Of a DNA stretch of 64,000 nucleotides, positions 12,366 through 24,161 are shown piece by piece (position 1 is the stretch's first letter; the number at the start of each line of letters is the position of its first letter). This DNA comes from Takakia lepidozioides. Lineage: Eukaryota > Plantae > Bryophyta. The translations under genes and the position numbers were made by a program. The stretch spans positions 83,762,001-83,826,000 of the forward strand of contig CM060731.1 in NCBI GenBank assembly GCA_030704615.1, read 5' to 3'. The notes under the pieces are model-generated. The model had not been told where the DNA came from and did not search any database. It worked only from the letters and a program-made list of their open reading frames with translations.

Positions 12366-13865
12366 ATGGCGTTACAACCAACACGGGCAAAACCACCTTT
12401 TCCAATATATTCAGGAAAAATGGATCCTGATGTACACATTAGCCAATTTGAGCACATGTGTATTGTGAACAATGAGAATGGCGATGATGCCAAGATGAGA
12501 TTGTTTCCTTGTTCACTTATCAAGAAAGCAAGTGAATGGTATGCAAGATTCCCTGATAATCATTTCCTAACCTGGAATGGCTTGAATACAACATTCCGAA
12601 ATAGGTTCAGGACAAGTAAAACTGAGGATGAAGTGTATGGAAGATTACAACAATTAAAGCAAAAGAAGCATGAAACTGTTGAGGAGTATATGGAAAAAAT
12701 GGAATTGATGATGAAAAAGTTGGTTGCTGTACCAGCACCAGGTTTACAGAAGACTTGGTTTGTGAGTGGACTAAGACCAGAGTTGCAAAAGAAAGTGGAT
12801 ATGTTATTCTTTAATACAGTGGAGGAGGCATTTGAAACAGCAAACATAATTGAGCAATTGGGAATGCTCAGGAGAGAGAAAAGGGATGATGAGGACTCTG
12901 AGGATGAGTCAGATGAGGAAGAAGAGCAAGAGCTGAAAAGGAAGAGTAAGAGAAAGGAGAAGTTGAAGAGGGATAACTATGAGAAAATATTAGAAGAAAT
13001 CTTGAAGAAGTATGCCACAGAGGCTACAACACATTGGAGGAAGGGTGTTTGGTGTGCAAAGTGCCAGAATGAAGGCCATACCACCACTGAATGCCACATG
13101 AAGGAGAAACACTATACTATCTATAAAATGGATAACCATTTTACTGAGAATTGTTACTACAACAGAAGGACAACAGCTAGAGAACCTAGGCAAGTAAGGT
13201 TGCATCAAGTGCAGGCCCAGCCAAGAAGAAACAGTGATCAAGACCACTATGGTAGGCCTGGTGGTTATAACAATGGCATGGAAGGGAGAGGTAATTCAAG
13301 AGGGGATTACCAAGGAAATTCCAGAGGCAACTATCAGGGTAATCCAAGGGGGAATTACCAGCCAGGGAATCAGGATTACAGAAACAATTCCAGAACAGAC
13401 CAAGGGCGAGGACCTAATGGGGAAGAACTGTGTTACTATTGTAATCAGGCAGGCCATCGCAAGGCAGTCTGTCCATTCTGGATCAGACACCAGAATGAGA
13501 TGAGAGCTCCTATGAATGAGGGGCATGTGGTGGCAGCTCACATGGTTAGGCCATGTGTTGTACCAGAAGTAAGTACAATGATAGTAACGAGAAGCAAAGC
13601 CAAACTAACACCTCCAGTAGATGAGGAAGATGATGATAATGAAGATGGCAGTGATGAGGAGGCTTGGAGAGATGAGAAGGAACTGCACAAGGAAGTGGCA
13701 GATACCATAAGGGAAATGCAGAAGAGTACTGATATTCCTATGGCAGATTCCTCTGATTCTGAAAGAGAAGAGGAAGTGAGTGAGGATGAAGGGAAGAAAG
13801 AAGCTGCAGACATGCAGAGTAATGAAGGGACTTTGGCTGAAGTAATATGCCAGTCCAAAGCATGA
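12366..13865 (+). CDS. gag: Retrotransposon Gag (probably once continuous with 11904-12365 through a stop)
   Basis: FPIYSGKMDPDVHISQF...LFPCSL...ASEWY, plus knuckles CAKCQNEGHTTTEC and CYYCNQAGHRKAVC. Confidence 0.85.
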   Translation: MALQPTRAKPPFPIYSGKMDPDVHISQFEHMCIVNNENGDDAKMRLFPCSLIKKASEWYARFPDNHFLTWNGLNTTFRNRFRTSKTEDEVYGRLQQLKQKKHETVEEYMEKMELMMKKLVAVPAPGLQKTWFVSGLRPELQKKVDMLFFNTVEEAFETANIIEQLGMLRREKRDDEDSEDESDEEEEQELKRKSKRKEKLKRDNYEKILEEILKKYATEATTHWRKGVWCAKCQNEGHTTTECHMKEKHYTIYKMDNHFTENCYYNRRTTAREPRQVRLHQVQAQPRRNSDQDHYGRPGGYNNGMEGRGNSRGDYQGNSRGNYQGNPRGNYQPGNQDYRNNSRTDQGRGPNGEELCYYCNQAGHRKAVCPFWIRHQNEMRAPMNEGHVVAAHMVRPCVVPEVSTMIVTRSKAKLTPPVDEEDDDNEDGSDEEAWRDEKELHKEVADTIREMQKSTDIPMADSSDSEREEEVSEDEGKKEAADMQSNEGTLAEVICQSKA

Positions 13866-15016
13866 GAACTGAATGGGGAAAGAGAATGGAATTGGAAGAT
13901 TCAATTAAGGTCAGGAAACATGAATTATACCATGTGGAAGAAGTACGTGCTGATGCAGCTGATAACATGACCAGAATTCAGATGAAGAGGACGGAACAGT
14001 TTGATGAAGGCAAATTAAAGACTTTTAAGACGGGAGATTTGGTTCTCTGGTTGCAGAAGAAGGGGAAGATTAAAGCTTCTAAGCTTAAATCACCATGGAA
14101 GGGACCTTATGTCATACAAGAGATGTATGATAATAACACAGCCATGTTACAAACCATTAACAAAGAGATGTTAGGAAGAGTCAATGCCAATAAATTGAAG
14201 GGGTACAGTGGTATCCATGACAAACCATTGCAGCACGATTTGCATGTTGAAACGCAAAAGCAGTCACGAGCTGCGCCAGTGATACCAACGGAGTATGGAG
14301 CACTTGTCGCTAAGCCGAGCATATATGACCAGGGCGAGAAATACAGGTGTTCGCATATCTATCACAGCCCATCACAGTGTGACACAGCCTATCACAGCCC
14401 ATCACAGCGTGACACAGCCTATCATAGCCCATCACAACGTGGCATAGCCTATCACAACCCATCACAGCGTGACACAGCCTATCACAGCCCATCACAGTGC
14501 CACATAGCCTATCACAGCCCAACACAGCCCATACAGATTACACGGTCCATAGGGTCAGTGACAGGTGGACGCGAATTAACGTTAGAAAAGTGGCCATCAA
14601 GTGAAGAAAAAGTTTGGAAGTCAAACTTGGAGAATGTGCCACGCGGAGAGGGGAAGACGGGGGCATGTTTAGAAATGGACACGTGGCGGCTAAGGCAAAG
14701 CACACCGCGCTGCATCGATTGCAAAAGTGAGTTTCATCATGCAAGAGGACAAATCGAGCCGTCAAAGTACCTACCCGGTACAACAACTAATACTAATTGT
14801 GGGCCCATTAATGCATTCAGTGCCAGGGTAACGGAACCCTTTTCGAGTTCAGAAAAGGGAAACCTATGCCACATGTGCTGTCCTACTGGACATTCCAGGT
14901 GGAAATGTCCATGGAGGGGGGTGGAATTAAGGAATTATCTAAGCAGTCCACAGCCAATCAGGAGTGAGAATTACATGCAGGTGGTTCCCTCCAAGAAACA
15001 AGAACAAGAAATATGA
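13847..15016 (+). pseudogene. Integrase C-terminal GPY/F module fused to a repeat-derived tail
   Basis: FKTGDLVLW...KLKSPWKGPYVI. Confidence 0.7.
14359..14530 (+). repeat. 30-bp tandem repeat, about 5.5 copies
   Basis: TATCACAGCCCATCACAGCGTGACACAGCC units, translating as YHSPSQRDTA. Confidence 0.9.
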
Positions 15017-15651
15017 AGTGTTATGAGCGGAAGAGTCGGAGTGGCTCTGAATAGCCAAGCTCTCGACGGAAGGGGCAATCAAAGCACTAGCCTGGTAGCT
15101 ATGGCAGATGTAACCGATTACACACTTGCTTTACTTCTCACGCAGTGGCGCAAGGACGGACTCTTTTGACATGGCAGAGGACTATGCACTTCAGATGGCA
15201 GAGAAGAAACGACGGGGATCTCCTATGCCTGAGAGGTTACCTCGTTATCAGCCAAAGGAGGGTCGGACATTTCCAGGTAGTGCTCAATCATCTCCGTCAA
15301 CCAGTGACAGGATTTGGGCTCGCACACGGAGTCCTTCACGAGACTCTCACCGTCGGAAGGGTGCTTGCTCACAAAGGTTTGCTAATCCCAAATAGTAAAC
15401 CGTGAGGACACGGCTTTTTGAGAGAGGGAGGGGTAAATGTTAGAGGGCTGCTTGGGACTTAGACGCATTTACGAGTTCTGTGGGGTACCCTTAATTTTTG
15501 CGCAGACTGAGACCAACAAGAGCCTTAGGGGTGGCAGCAGCAGGCTTTAGGGGGGTTACACAGCCCGACACAGCTTGACACAGCCCGTCACAGTCAGTCA
15601 CAGCTTCGCACAGCCCGACACAGCCGACACAGCCCGACACAGCCTTATACA

Positions 15652-18600
15652 GCCTGGTGGGAGTACATCAAGCAGAACCATGCCAAGCGTGTGTCATCCT
15701 CAAGGTGAAGGCGACAGACTCCTCCCTGCTCAAGAATGCCATGGCGGACCTCAACTCGTAAGATACTCATACCCTCCCAAGCACGTTCGAAATGCGGTGC
15801 CGCATTTCGGTTTCCAATCTGTTTTGTTTCCGTGTTTCTGTGGACTGAACTGGAGAGTGTGCCTTGCAGGGTCACTGAAAATGCGTACGTGCATACCCAC
15901 ATGGCACATATGCTGTACAGGGTGAGGAAAACTGGTCTCACTGATCCGCACATGTTTGCGGAAATGCTGGAGCCCGAGCTCATTCAGAAAGCCGTGGCAA
16001 AAACTGACCGGACATGGTATCGTCTCACTATGGATGGAATGGTGGAGGTGATATACGAAGTAAGTTGTCATCCCATTTCCCTCTGCTCATCCTTCCCCAA
16101 TTTCCGGTAATCTTTCCACATGAATCGAATGTAACGCTTCTGCATGTTTTTGTTGGTAGTCAAACATCAAGCTGGATTTGGCCCATGCCAAACACTTCTT
16201 CATGGAAAGTGAGGGGCAGGTCAAAACGTTGCAGTCATTGACTGAGCACTTGAAGGAAGCCGGGGTCAAGTCCAGAACGAAATACAAGTCAAAGCTTGTG
16301 AAGCTGGTGGCCATTGCAGATCCGGCACTTGGAAAGGACTTCATCCCCGAGATTGCAAAACACTATTCTCGGGCCATGCAGCCGACCATGCAGTTGGAGA
16401 AACTGCATCACCTCTCAACGACATGTGTTGAGGCGAAAGAAAAGGTGAGGTTTCAATGCACTGAAGTTCCTTTCTAGCAATAGCCACTCTTCTTCCTGCT
16501 CCTGACATTGGATCGAAAATGGCAGACACGGTAGCTGTCGATCTGGAATGCATCGGAGAGTATAAGGACAATGTGGTCTTTTCCACTCGAAGTTTCCGAC
16601 CCTGCAGTGGATGTGTGGCTCAACCGCATGACTTGATGGTTCCAGGTAATTCAAGGTACTTCCCTAGATTTGCTTTTCTGAAATGAATTCCCTAAACTGC
16701 TACGTGACAATGCATGTGGGAATCGCAGGTAATGACGAATGCGAAGGAGCAAGTCGTAATGCATACAAATTCGTTCAGCTTGTACATCAAATGGGATGGA
16801 ACACAGACACTGGAAGACTACGTGACACATTTCAGATGTGCATACAAGGACAACCTCTTCACCAGGGAGCTGCAGACAGCAAGAATGAGCGTGGAGTTTA
16901 CACATCAGGAGGGAGCGGGAAAAGCTGCAATGCGAATTGTTTACAGGTGAAGCCCAGCAGTCCTTCTATGCGAAGCCTGGTTATGAGGTTTGTCTGGGAA
17001 ATGCGGCATCGCATTCGCATTTTATGTTTTTGGTTGCACTCTGCGAGTACGTTGCTCTCAACTTTTGCTCACGCATGCTGACTGCCCTGCAGGTATATGA
17101 AATACGTGCTTCTTTAGACAAGGGCCCTGGCTCAAGAGCCCCCGTTCTTCATGGCTTGGACCGTGGCGGGCCCAAGTTGTGTCTACACACCCGAGATGCA
17201 GAAACAATGGCATGCCGCGCATCTCGTTGGATGCCCGTGGTACCTGGACATGTCTGGCGGAATTGTTGATGAGTCTGAGAAAGATCTGCACGCGAAAGCA
17301 GAAGAGAAGAGGAAGGAAAGACGTGTCCCTGCTGGGCCAGAGTCGGCAAAGGAAGCTGCTGCTCTGGAACAATCCAAAAAGGCAGCTGAGATGGCACAGA
17401 AGACGGTGGATGCAGCTGTGTAGGCTCAACAGAAGGGGCCGAAGAAGAAGACTCGCCAGCAAGGAGCAGCAGTTGTGACACCCAAGAAAACGAAGAAGCA
17501 GAAACAGATAGTGCAGGAAGAGGGTGACGAAGAGGACTCCGATGGAGACTTTGCAACCAGCCCACCCCCCGAAACGCAGCCAAAATCCCCTGTGCCCACC
17601 GTTGTCACGAGAGGGACGAGAACAGGCTCGGCAAAGAAGGCACTCTTCAACCCCCCGGGGGGGCACCCTTTCGAGCCGGTGGAAATGAAGAGGCCGAAAG
17701 TGGATCCCGATACAGTAGTCCAGTGTGTAAATGAGAGTTTCTTGGCGGCTTTGGATGGACGGGCAGCCAAGTTGGCATACATGAAGACCATGGAGGGTCT
17801 GAAGGGCAGAGCACTGAAGAAGGCGGCTGCCGAAGAGCCTTCCGACACCCCTGGGTTTCTGAAGATGGTCTCGTTCTTTGAGAGGGTGTGTGCAGACAAG
17901 GATTGCAGGAGGGGCGGAAATGCAACCGAGTGGTCTTGCGATATGATCATCTTGGATATTCCGGACGGAGAGCCTGTGGAAGGACTACAAGCTTTGCCAT
18001 CTTGGAACAGGTACTTCGAGGACTTTTGGAAGAAAGGATTCGGGCTTGCCCGCATGGTGTTGGACGACAGAGAGGTTGTCCTGGCGAGCAGACAGGAATT
18101 GCGAAGTGGACCCGTAGGAGCGCCGTCCCAATTCTGAAGAAGAAGTGGACGTGCATCAACACATTGGGCCTTCGGAGTGAAGGGAAGAAGGTAATTACGA
18201 CATTGGCACTTGTCCTTTCATTTTCTTAGGAGTTTTGAAATGCGGTGCCGCATTCGATTTCTAATCGTTCCCCACTGTGTATGCAGACAAAGCAGTTCGA
18301 TGCATACTGCTTTGTGAAGGAGAACTCCACCTTTGCTTTCCGGAAGGAGGGATTGTTGGTTGACCCGAACTGCGACCCCATCGATTACGACGTCCTGTTC
18401 AACAACGTTCCCACGGAACTTCTCCCTCATAGCCTCACTTCAACGGAACCCCTGCGGTATTCACGGACTCGGAGCCCTGCCTTCATTCAGACAATTATGG
18501 AGACATGCACTGACGTGGAGGGCACAGTGCTCGACCTTGTCTGTGGGACAGGTATGCAGAATCTTGTTGTATGTTGTTCTGCAATTTCTCGTTATGCTTT

Positions 18601-19421
18601 AATTCGCAACATCTGAAGGGCCATGTCATAATGTGTGGATGGCATTGTAACAGGTGCCTCAATGTGGGCTGGGCGGTTTTCCGACCGGCACCTCTTTGCC
18701 TATGAGGAGGACACATATGTCTGGGGATCCCATCTGGAAGGGCTGCAATGGAATGTGAAGGCTCCCATCGAAGCCAAAGACTCCTCGGATTTGTCAGAGT
18801 CGGAGGAAGAGACAGTGGACATTGATGTCGAGGAGAACCCGGAATACGAGTGAGTGCAAAAATTAAGTTTGCAAAGCCTTTTGGGTGATTTTTTGTCAAA
18901 CGCATTTCCGGATTGTGGTTCTCATTGGTCTCATTGGTGAAGTTATGTGCAGGATTCCAGGATCTGGGTCGAAACATGTAGGGCCTACACTTCCTGCCAG
19001 GAAGAATGTCCCGTTCTTTGCGAGGGCCGACTTCATGACGAGCCCGGTGAAGGACTACTCCCTTCCTAGTTATGCAGCTAAACTCGCAAATACAGCGATT
19101 AGACGATGTGAGAATCCCAGTAAAGTAGAGCAGATTTTGGAGAGGGCTAGGGAGGATAGAAGGATAAGGAAAGAGTTGGCAACAGCTGAGACAAGTAGAT
19201 AGGTGCGAAAGTTCATAAGTGATTCAGCGGATGAGAGCGATGCAGACAGGGAGGACGACGAACCAACGAAGGTGAGATGGTCGGTTCCGCAAGGGGAAGA
19301 TGGGATTTTCGAAAGCCTGGCCAACGAGCAGTCCGCTGGAGATGAGAAAGGCAATGATGGGGTGGAGGCGGAGCAGGACAGTCAAGGACAGGACGACGAT
19401 AGTGATGATTTTCAAGATTAA
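15652..19421 (+). pseudogene. Multi-exon ParB-like/amino-MTase-like gene, 5'-truncated
   Basis: Starts at the end of the ParB domain (AWWEYIKQNH...NAMADLN, then a GT intron), followed by several GT-AG exons and then CDMIILDIPDG, RSPAFIQTIMETCTDVEGTVLDLVCGT/GASMWAGRFSDRHLFAYE. In-frame stops near 17421 and 19200. Confidence 0.72.
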
Positions 19422-19557
19422 TAGAATTTTAATGAACTCTCTGTACATTTAAATTCTCTTCCAGAGTATATAAAGGAAATTCTCCCCGTCCTTCATGTCT
19501 CCTCTCCCATGTGCTTCTCAACGACAACATCGTCCAAACCACGTCCCTCCCAAAATC

Positions 19558-20590
19558 GGAAATGCGGCACCACATTTCCATGTCGGAACGGAAATGTGGC
19601 AACTGCAAAAACCTCCTTTGGAAATGCGGCACCGCATTTCCAAAACCGGGGCAAGAACAATTTTCCGTTTCATGGTTTGGACATCAGAAACTGTTCGGCC
19701 AAACGGAAATGCGGTGCCGCATTTCCGTTCTCGACACGGCAGTTTTGCCGATTGCCAGCTCCTTCCATGGAGGTAAATGGATATGCCACCCCGCATGCGG
19801 AGGTCGCACATGGAAATGCGGTGCCGCATTTACATTTTGGAGATGGACGTTTTTCCAAGAGCAGACCCATCGACGGAAATGCGGCTCCCCATTCCATGAT
19901 GCTAGACGGGAATGCGGCACCGCATTCCATTGTCCAAAAAGAAATTTCGATGACGTACATGGAAATGCGGCGCCGCATTTCTAAAACGGACATCGTTGTT
20001 TGTCCAATTCCAGACCCTTTGACGGAAATGCGGCACCGCATTACATTGTCCAATAAGCAATTTCGATTGCCAAACATGGAAATGCGGCGCCACATTTCCA
20101 AAACAGACATCGTTGTTTGTCCAATTCCAGACCCGTGTGGGCATTCCGTCTTGTTGGACGGAAATGCGGCACCGCATTCCATTGTCCAATACGAAATTTT
20201 GATGACGGACATGGAAATGTGGTGCCGCATTTTCAGAACAAACATTGTTGTTTGTCCAATTCCAGACCCTTCGACAAAAATGCGGCACCGCATTCCATTG
20301 TGCTCTCCGGAAATGCGGTGCCGCATTCCATTGTCCGGTACGAAATTTCGTTGACGGACATGGAAATGCGGTGCCGCATTTCCAGTATGGACATGGACAA
20401 GCATTAGCGATTGGACATGCTTGGACAATTCAAGGTCCAATATGGTGCCGCATTTCCAATTCAAAGTATGGTAATGCCATGTCAAGAAATGAAATGCGGT
20501 ACAGCATTTCCGTTACGACCACAACGGAGGAAAGGGAGCTGCCAGAAATCGCTGCATGGAGAAAAATGAAATGCGGTGCCGAATTTCCGA
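19558..20590. repeat. Array of about 18 palindromes GGAAATGCGG-NN-CCGCATTTCC
   Basis: Directly visible. Starts include 19812, 19875, 19908, 19961, 20024, 20160, 20213, 20276, 20309 and 20362. Confidence 0.93.
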
Positions 20591-20864
20591 GCTTCGGCAT
20601 GTACATGTTTCCTTTTACTCATACATGGATTTCCTTCACCTCAGGACTCTGCTATCGCTAACTCTGGTATATTCATATGGACAGACACATTGTAGAAATG
20701 AGACCACAAATTGTAAACAATGGGCCGATTACGGCAGTTCTTGAACACAATGAAACACAAGCACACGGAAGTGAGGTACGATGGGTTGTTTTATTGATCG
20801 AACACGGTGTCTCACATTTAGCAAATCCACACAAATCTAAGCCCTTCCTCCTTCTACATGGGCG

Positions 20865-21473
20865 TCACCAAGTCGACGGAACTTCGATAGCCCTCAAAAC
20901 AAGCTCATTACTGATGCGGCACCTCGAGGTAATCTGCAATGCGGTCGATCTGGTGCCCTTGGTGGAGCTGACGACAATGTCATGCCCATCAATCATACCA
21001 CCATCATACATTGACAAGGTCAATGTGGGCCTCATGTGCCCATGCGATTCGTCTTCGCAACTCAGCCGAATGTCTCCATACACTGGAAAAGCGGAGTGAA
21101 CTCCACGAATATAGTTTTCCCCGGTGCCGTCCTCCCTGGTCCACTGGCAGTAGTTCCAGCGCCAAAGGGAGGCCGTGCGTGATCTGTCCGGCATCCCAAC
21201 CCACCTTAGTATATCGAGGTCAACAATTTTCAGGACCCACGGACCGCATTGACCCTCGCCCTCACCTCGCTCAAAGCGGTAATAGCCCTCCAATACTCCA
21301 TTGCGCGCAAAGACTCCCGCTTGATTCCAGAAGCGTTTGTGAAAACACAGAGCCAAACAATGATGTCTCCTAATTCTGGTTTGAACATAGCATAATCGTG
21401 GCCATGATAAGGGCAGTCTGCAGGATTTCGACGGCACGACCTCCTTGAAAAAAGAGTAGCGGAGTACGCTCAA
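20865..21473 (-). CDS. Unknown cargo protein, paralog 1
   Basis: Shares FERG..W.L.I.D...RTA.L.RW..CQW...YGDIR...S.YDGGMI.GH.IVV with 21850-22494 and 34835-35182. Confidence 0.55.
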   Translation of the reverse strand: MSVLRYSFFKEVVPSKSCRLPLSWPRLCYVQTRIRRHHCLALCFHKRFWNQAGVFARNGVLEGYYRFERGEGEGQCGPWVLKIVDLDILRWVGMPDRSRTASLWRWNYCQWTREDGTGENYIRGVHSAFPVYGDIRLSCEDESHGHMRPTLTLSMYDGGMIDGHDIVVSSTKGTRSTALQITSRCRISNELVLRAIEVPSTW

Positions 21474-21849
21474 TGACAGCAGCTCCCGGATGGAGGAGGC
21501 AGCAGCGCGGTGGCTGGAAGAAGTTCAAGCAAACGCTGCAATTCCTCACAAACACTCCAGGGCACATTTAAATTTCCCCCCTACAAGAACCTGCACGGAT
21601 GAAGATTGGCTGCTCCATGAATGTAGCCGTTTCAGTTTCCTTCCCTGCCATGCAAACTATGGGCAGTAAGTGCCAGGTGGGCCTATAGCCACTCGAGACG
21701 ACGAAGTCCATCCCCCCTTCGATATAAATGCGGCGCCGAATTTCCATCCGGGGGATGGACTTCGGTGGCAAATTTCAAACTATACCCCGTGGATGAGAAA
21801 GAGGTATCGGTTCATCCACCGCTGGCGTGATGAACACGTTACACGATGA

Positions 21850-22494
21850 TTGGTGGGTACGTGGGACCCATATGCTCCATTATTGGAGCCCGCACTGCTC
21901 TTCCGCTTCTCATCATTTCAAAAATCTAAGGGCTTCATTGCTGTCTGCAAGGTCATTGTCATCGGCATCAAAGACGTCCTCAGGTCCTCCTTTGCAAGGA
22001 TGCCGTGCTTCCGGAACCGGGATGACTGCCCTTATGGAGGCTTTGATTATGCAATGTATTTGGCCACATTGGGAGACATCGTTATCAGGTACACAGATTA
22101 CACAGAAGATACTAGTTCGAATGCGGAAACATTGTCCGCTTTTGAGTATATCCCAGGCCACTACGCCTTCGAGCGGGGTGATGATCTTGGTCTGAGGAGT
22201 CCGTGGCTCTTGCGCATCCTTGATTCCGATTTTCCCACCTACGACGGGCACCCATGCAGAAGAATGCGCACTGCTATGCTGTTGCGGTGGAACTGCTGCC
22301 AGTGGACGTGGGTGGACTCCATCGGAGAGACGTATACTCCTGAAGGAGTGCGCTCCTCTTCTCCATTGTATGGGGACATTCGCATTGGTGTGGACGATGA
22401 AAACGTGAAGCTTTCCATATTCAATGGTGGTATGATTGAAGGGCACAACATTGTGGTGAACATCAACAGGGGCGGTACAACAGCTGCAATCTAG
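21850..22494 (+). CDS. Unknown cargo protein, paralog 2
   Basis: Same motif set, oriented divergently from paralog 1. Confidence 0.55.
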   Translation: MVGTWDPYAPLLEPALLFRFSSFQKSKGFIAVCKVIVIGIKDVLRSSFARMPCFRNRDDCPYGGFDYAMYLATLGDIVIRYTDYTEDTSSNAETLSAFEYIPGHYAFERGDDLGLRSPWLLRILDSDFPTYDGHPCRRMRTAMLLRWNCCQWTWVDSIGETYTPEGVRSSSPLYGDIRIGVDDENVKLSIFNGGMIEGHNIVVNINRGGTTAAI

Positions 22495-22974
22495 TTTACT
22501 TGGAGGAGCCCGATGACTCATGAGCTAGTTCTCAGAGCAGTCGAAGTCCCATTGACAACGTGACTTGTATTCAGAAGGCACAGGGCTAAAGATTTGTTTG
22601 CACAATCAGCACAGTAGACCTGCTTCAAATGCAATTCATGTGGATCAATAAAAACCCCATTGTGCCCTCTTTTTGTTCTATTCTGTATCCATCGTTCCCA
22701 AAATGCATCATTCCTCATTTCGTTTGGGATTGGGAGTGTGGGTGGATTTTGCAAGTGGCTGGTAGGCTGAAATGGGCCCCCATTGTACAGAGCAGTACCA
22801 CCCTACCATTCACAAAACATTGCCTTTCAATATGTAATTCTAAAAAACATTGCCGAACCTCCTTCATCGGGAGGTCATTCTCCCACTATGACCGTGACAG
22901 CCTAAACCCTATTCCCGCGGACACTCATTTCCAGAAAATAGTCCTGCTCATGTTTTTTTTGACACTTACAACTT

Positions 22975-23026
22975 TGCTCATGGCTCATGCCGCTCATGGC
23001 TCATGGCTCATGAAATAGCAGCCCCC
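22975..23026 (+). repeat. Terminus B with subterminal (GCTCATG)n repeats; TSD CGCCTGGG at 23027-23034
   Basis: Repeats are directly visible. The flank is the reverse complement of the flank at 28549-28556. Confidence 0.85.
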
Positions 23027-24161
23027 CGCCTGGGGATGCGCGAAGGCGGCGCCTTGTCTCTCTAGCAGCGGGAAACACTGCTGTGAATGCAGTGGCATCT
23101 TCCCTCCTCTGGCTTTTAATTTTAGCAGTGGCATTTGTGCTGGGAAGTCTCTCTCCCTCCCTTCTATTGCCTTGACAGTTTGCCTGCTTTGCTTCATTGC
23201 TCATGTGCTTTGTGGAGGCGGATTGCTGCGGGTGGTGATGGCGCATAACCCTCTTCCCCAATCGCTTAAGGTGCCTTTGGAGTTTAGGGATCCTTGTGTT
23301 CTTATCTTCTTCTCTTGCTTTTGAGTTTCTTAGTTGACATCGATGACAAGTGTGAGGGTCTGTGATTCACCTGGGGTTCCACAATCCTCACTAATCCGTT
23401 GATTTTGTGGGGGCTTGTGATGGGACCAGGTGAGGATCCTCACTTACTTTGAAATTTCTTGAGCATGCAGTTGGGGATATGGGCTGAGGAGACTTGTAAG
23501 TTATCGCGCCTTGAAGTGGCTATTGCCTGCAGCCCTGAATTCAACCCGACTGCTCCTGGTTTGGCATGCTACAGCCTATGTTTTGGCTTTTGTTGTTCTG
23601 CCGTCAATGGGGCAGCTCGACCTGTCTGGCCTGTCTCCTGAGGCCTGCATACAGACCATACCATATCTTTTGATCCTTGACAGCAAGGCCTGTGGATTAA
23701 TGAGCTAGTTCTTTGGGCCATAGAGGATCTGGTTTTATGGGGGCTGCCTCGGCGGGTTTGGGACTCTAAGGACGTGGTGGCCTTGAATGTTATGGCGGTA
23801 GCCTGATAAGGCACCGACCTGCTCCTTTTCGGGCCTGTTTTTGGTGTGTGATGGATCATAGTGAGGTGTTCTTTGCAAGCTTTAGCATGGACCTCTTGAA
23901 GGATGAGGATGGTAAGCTGCAATGGAATCCTACCTATAGTTTTGGCCTTGTCATGACATCAGGCCTATGACCTGCAATCTGAGTTTTTTATGTGCCAAAG
24001 AGGCTGGATCTCGGTTGTTCAAGTTGCTTGTGTGTACAAGTCTCTTTTGGTTCCCCTGCAGTCCCAACAAACACTATGACTTCCTCCTTCACCAGGAAAT
24101 ACAAAACTGACAGAACAAATCGGAGAATTCTGTTGGCATGAAGGGTGAGCATTATACTTAC

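Larger units (their letters stand above)
11675..15651 (+). mobile_element. Internally deleted, non-autonomous Ty3/gypsy element with a truncated 3' LTR starting at 15438
   Basis: Gag is followed directly by the integrase C-terminal GPY module with no RT or RH. The purine tract GAGAGGGAGGGG is followed by TGTTAG at 15438. Confidence 0.75.
15652..23026 (+). mobile_element. Right ~7.4 kb of a ParB-MTase MULE element (subfamily 1), ending in terminus B
   Basis: The first 37 bp are identical to the last 37 bp of the window (the ParB exon of the 55634+ copy). It carries the same palindromes and ends CTCATGGCTCATGAAATAGCAGCCCCC. Confidence 0.85.

Noticed and set aside
19509-20661. Overlapping ORFs with GNAAPHF / EMRRRIS / KCGTAF repeats (also 60222-62331)
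   Set aside because: These are translations of the palindrome in all six frames, with no coding signal.
23300-23950. LINE endonuclease fragment on the minus strand (ILILQE)
   Set aside because: Only one short motif is recognisable, too degenerate to call.
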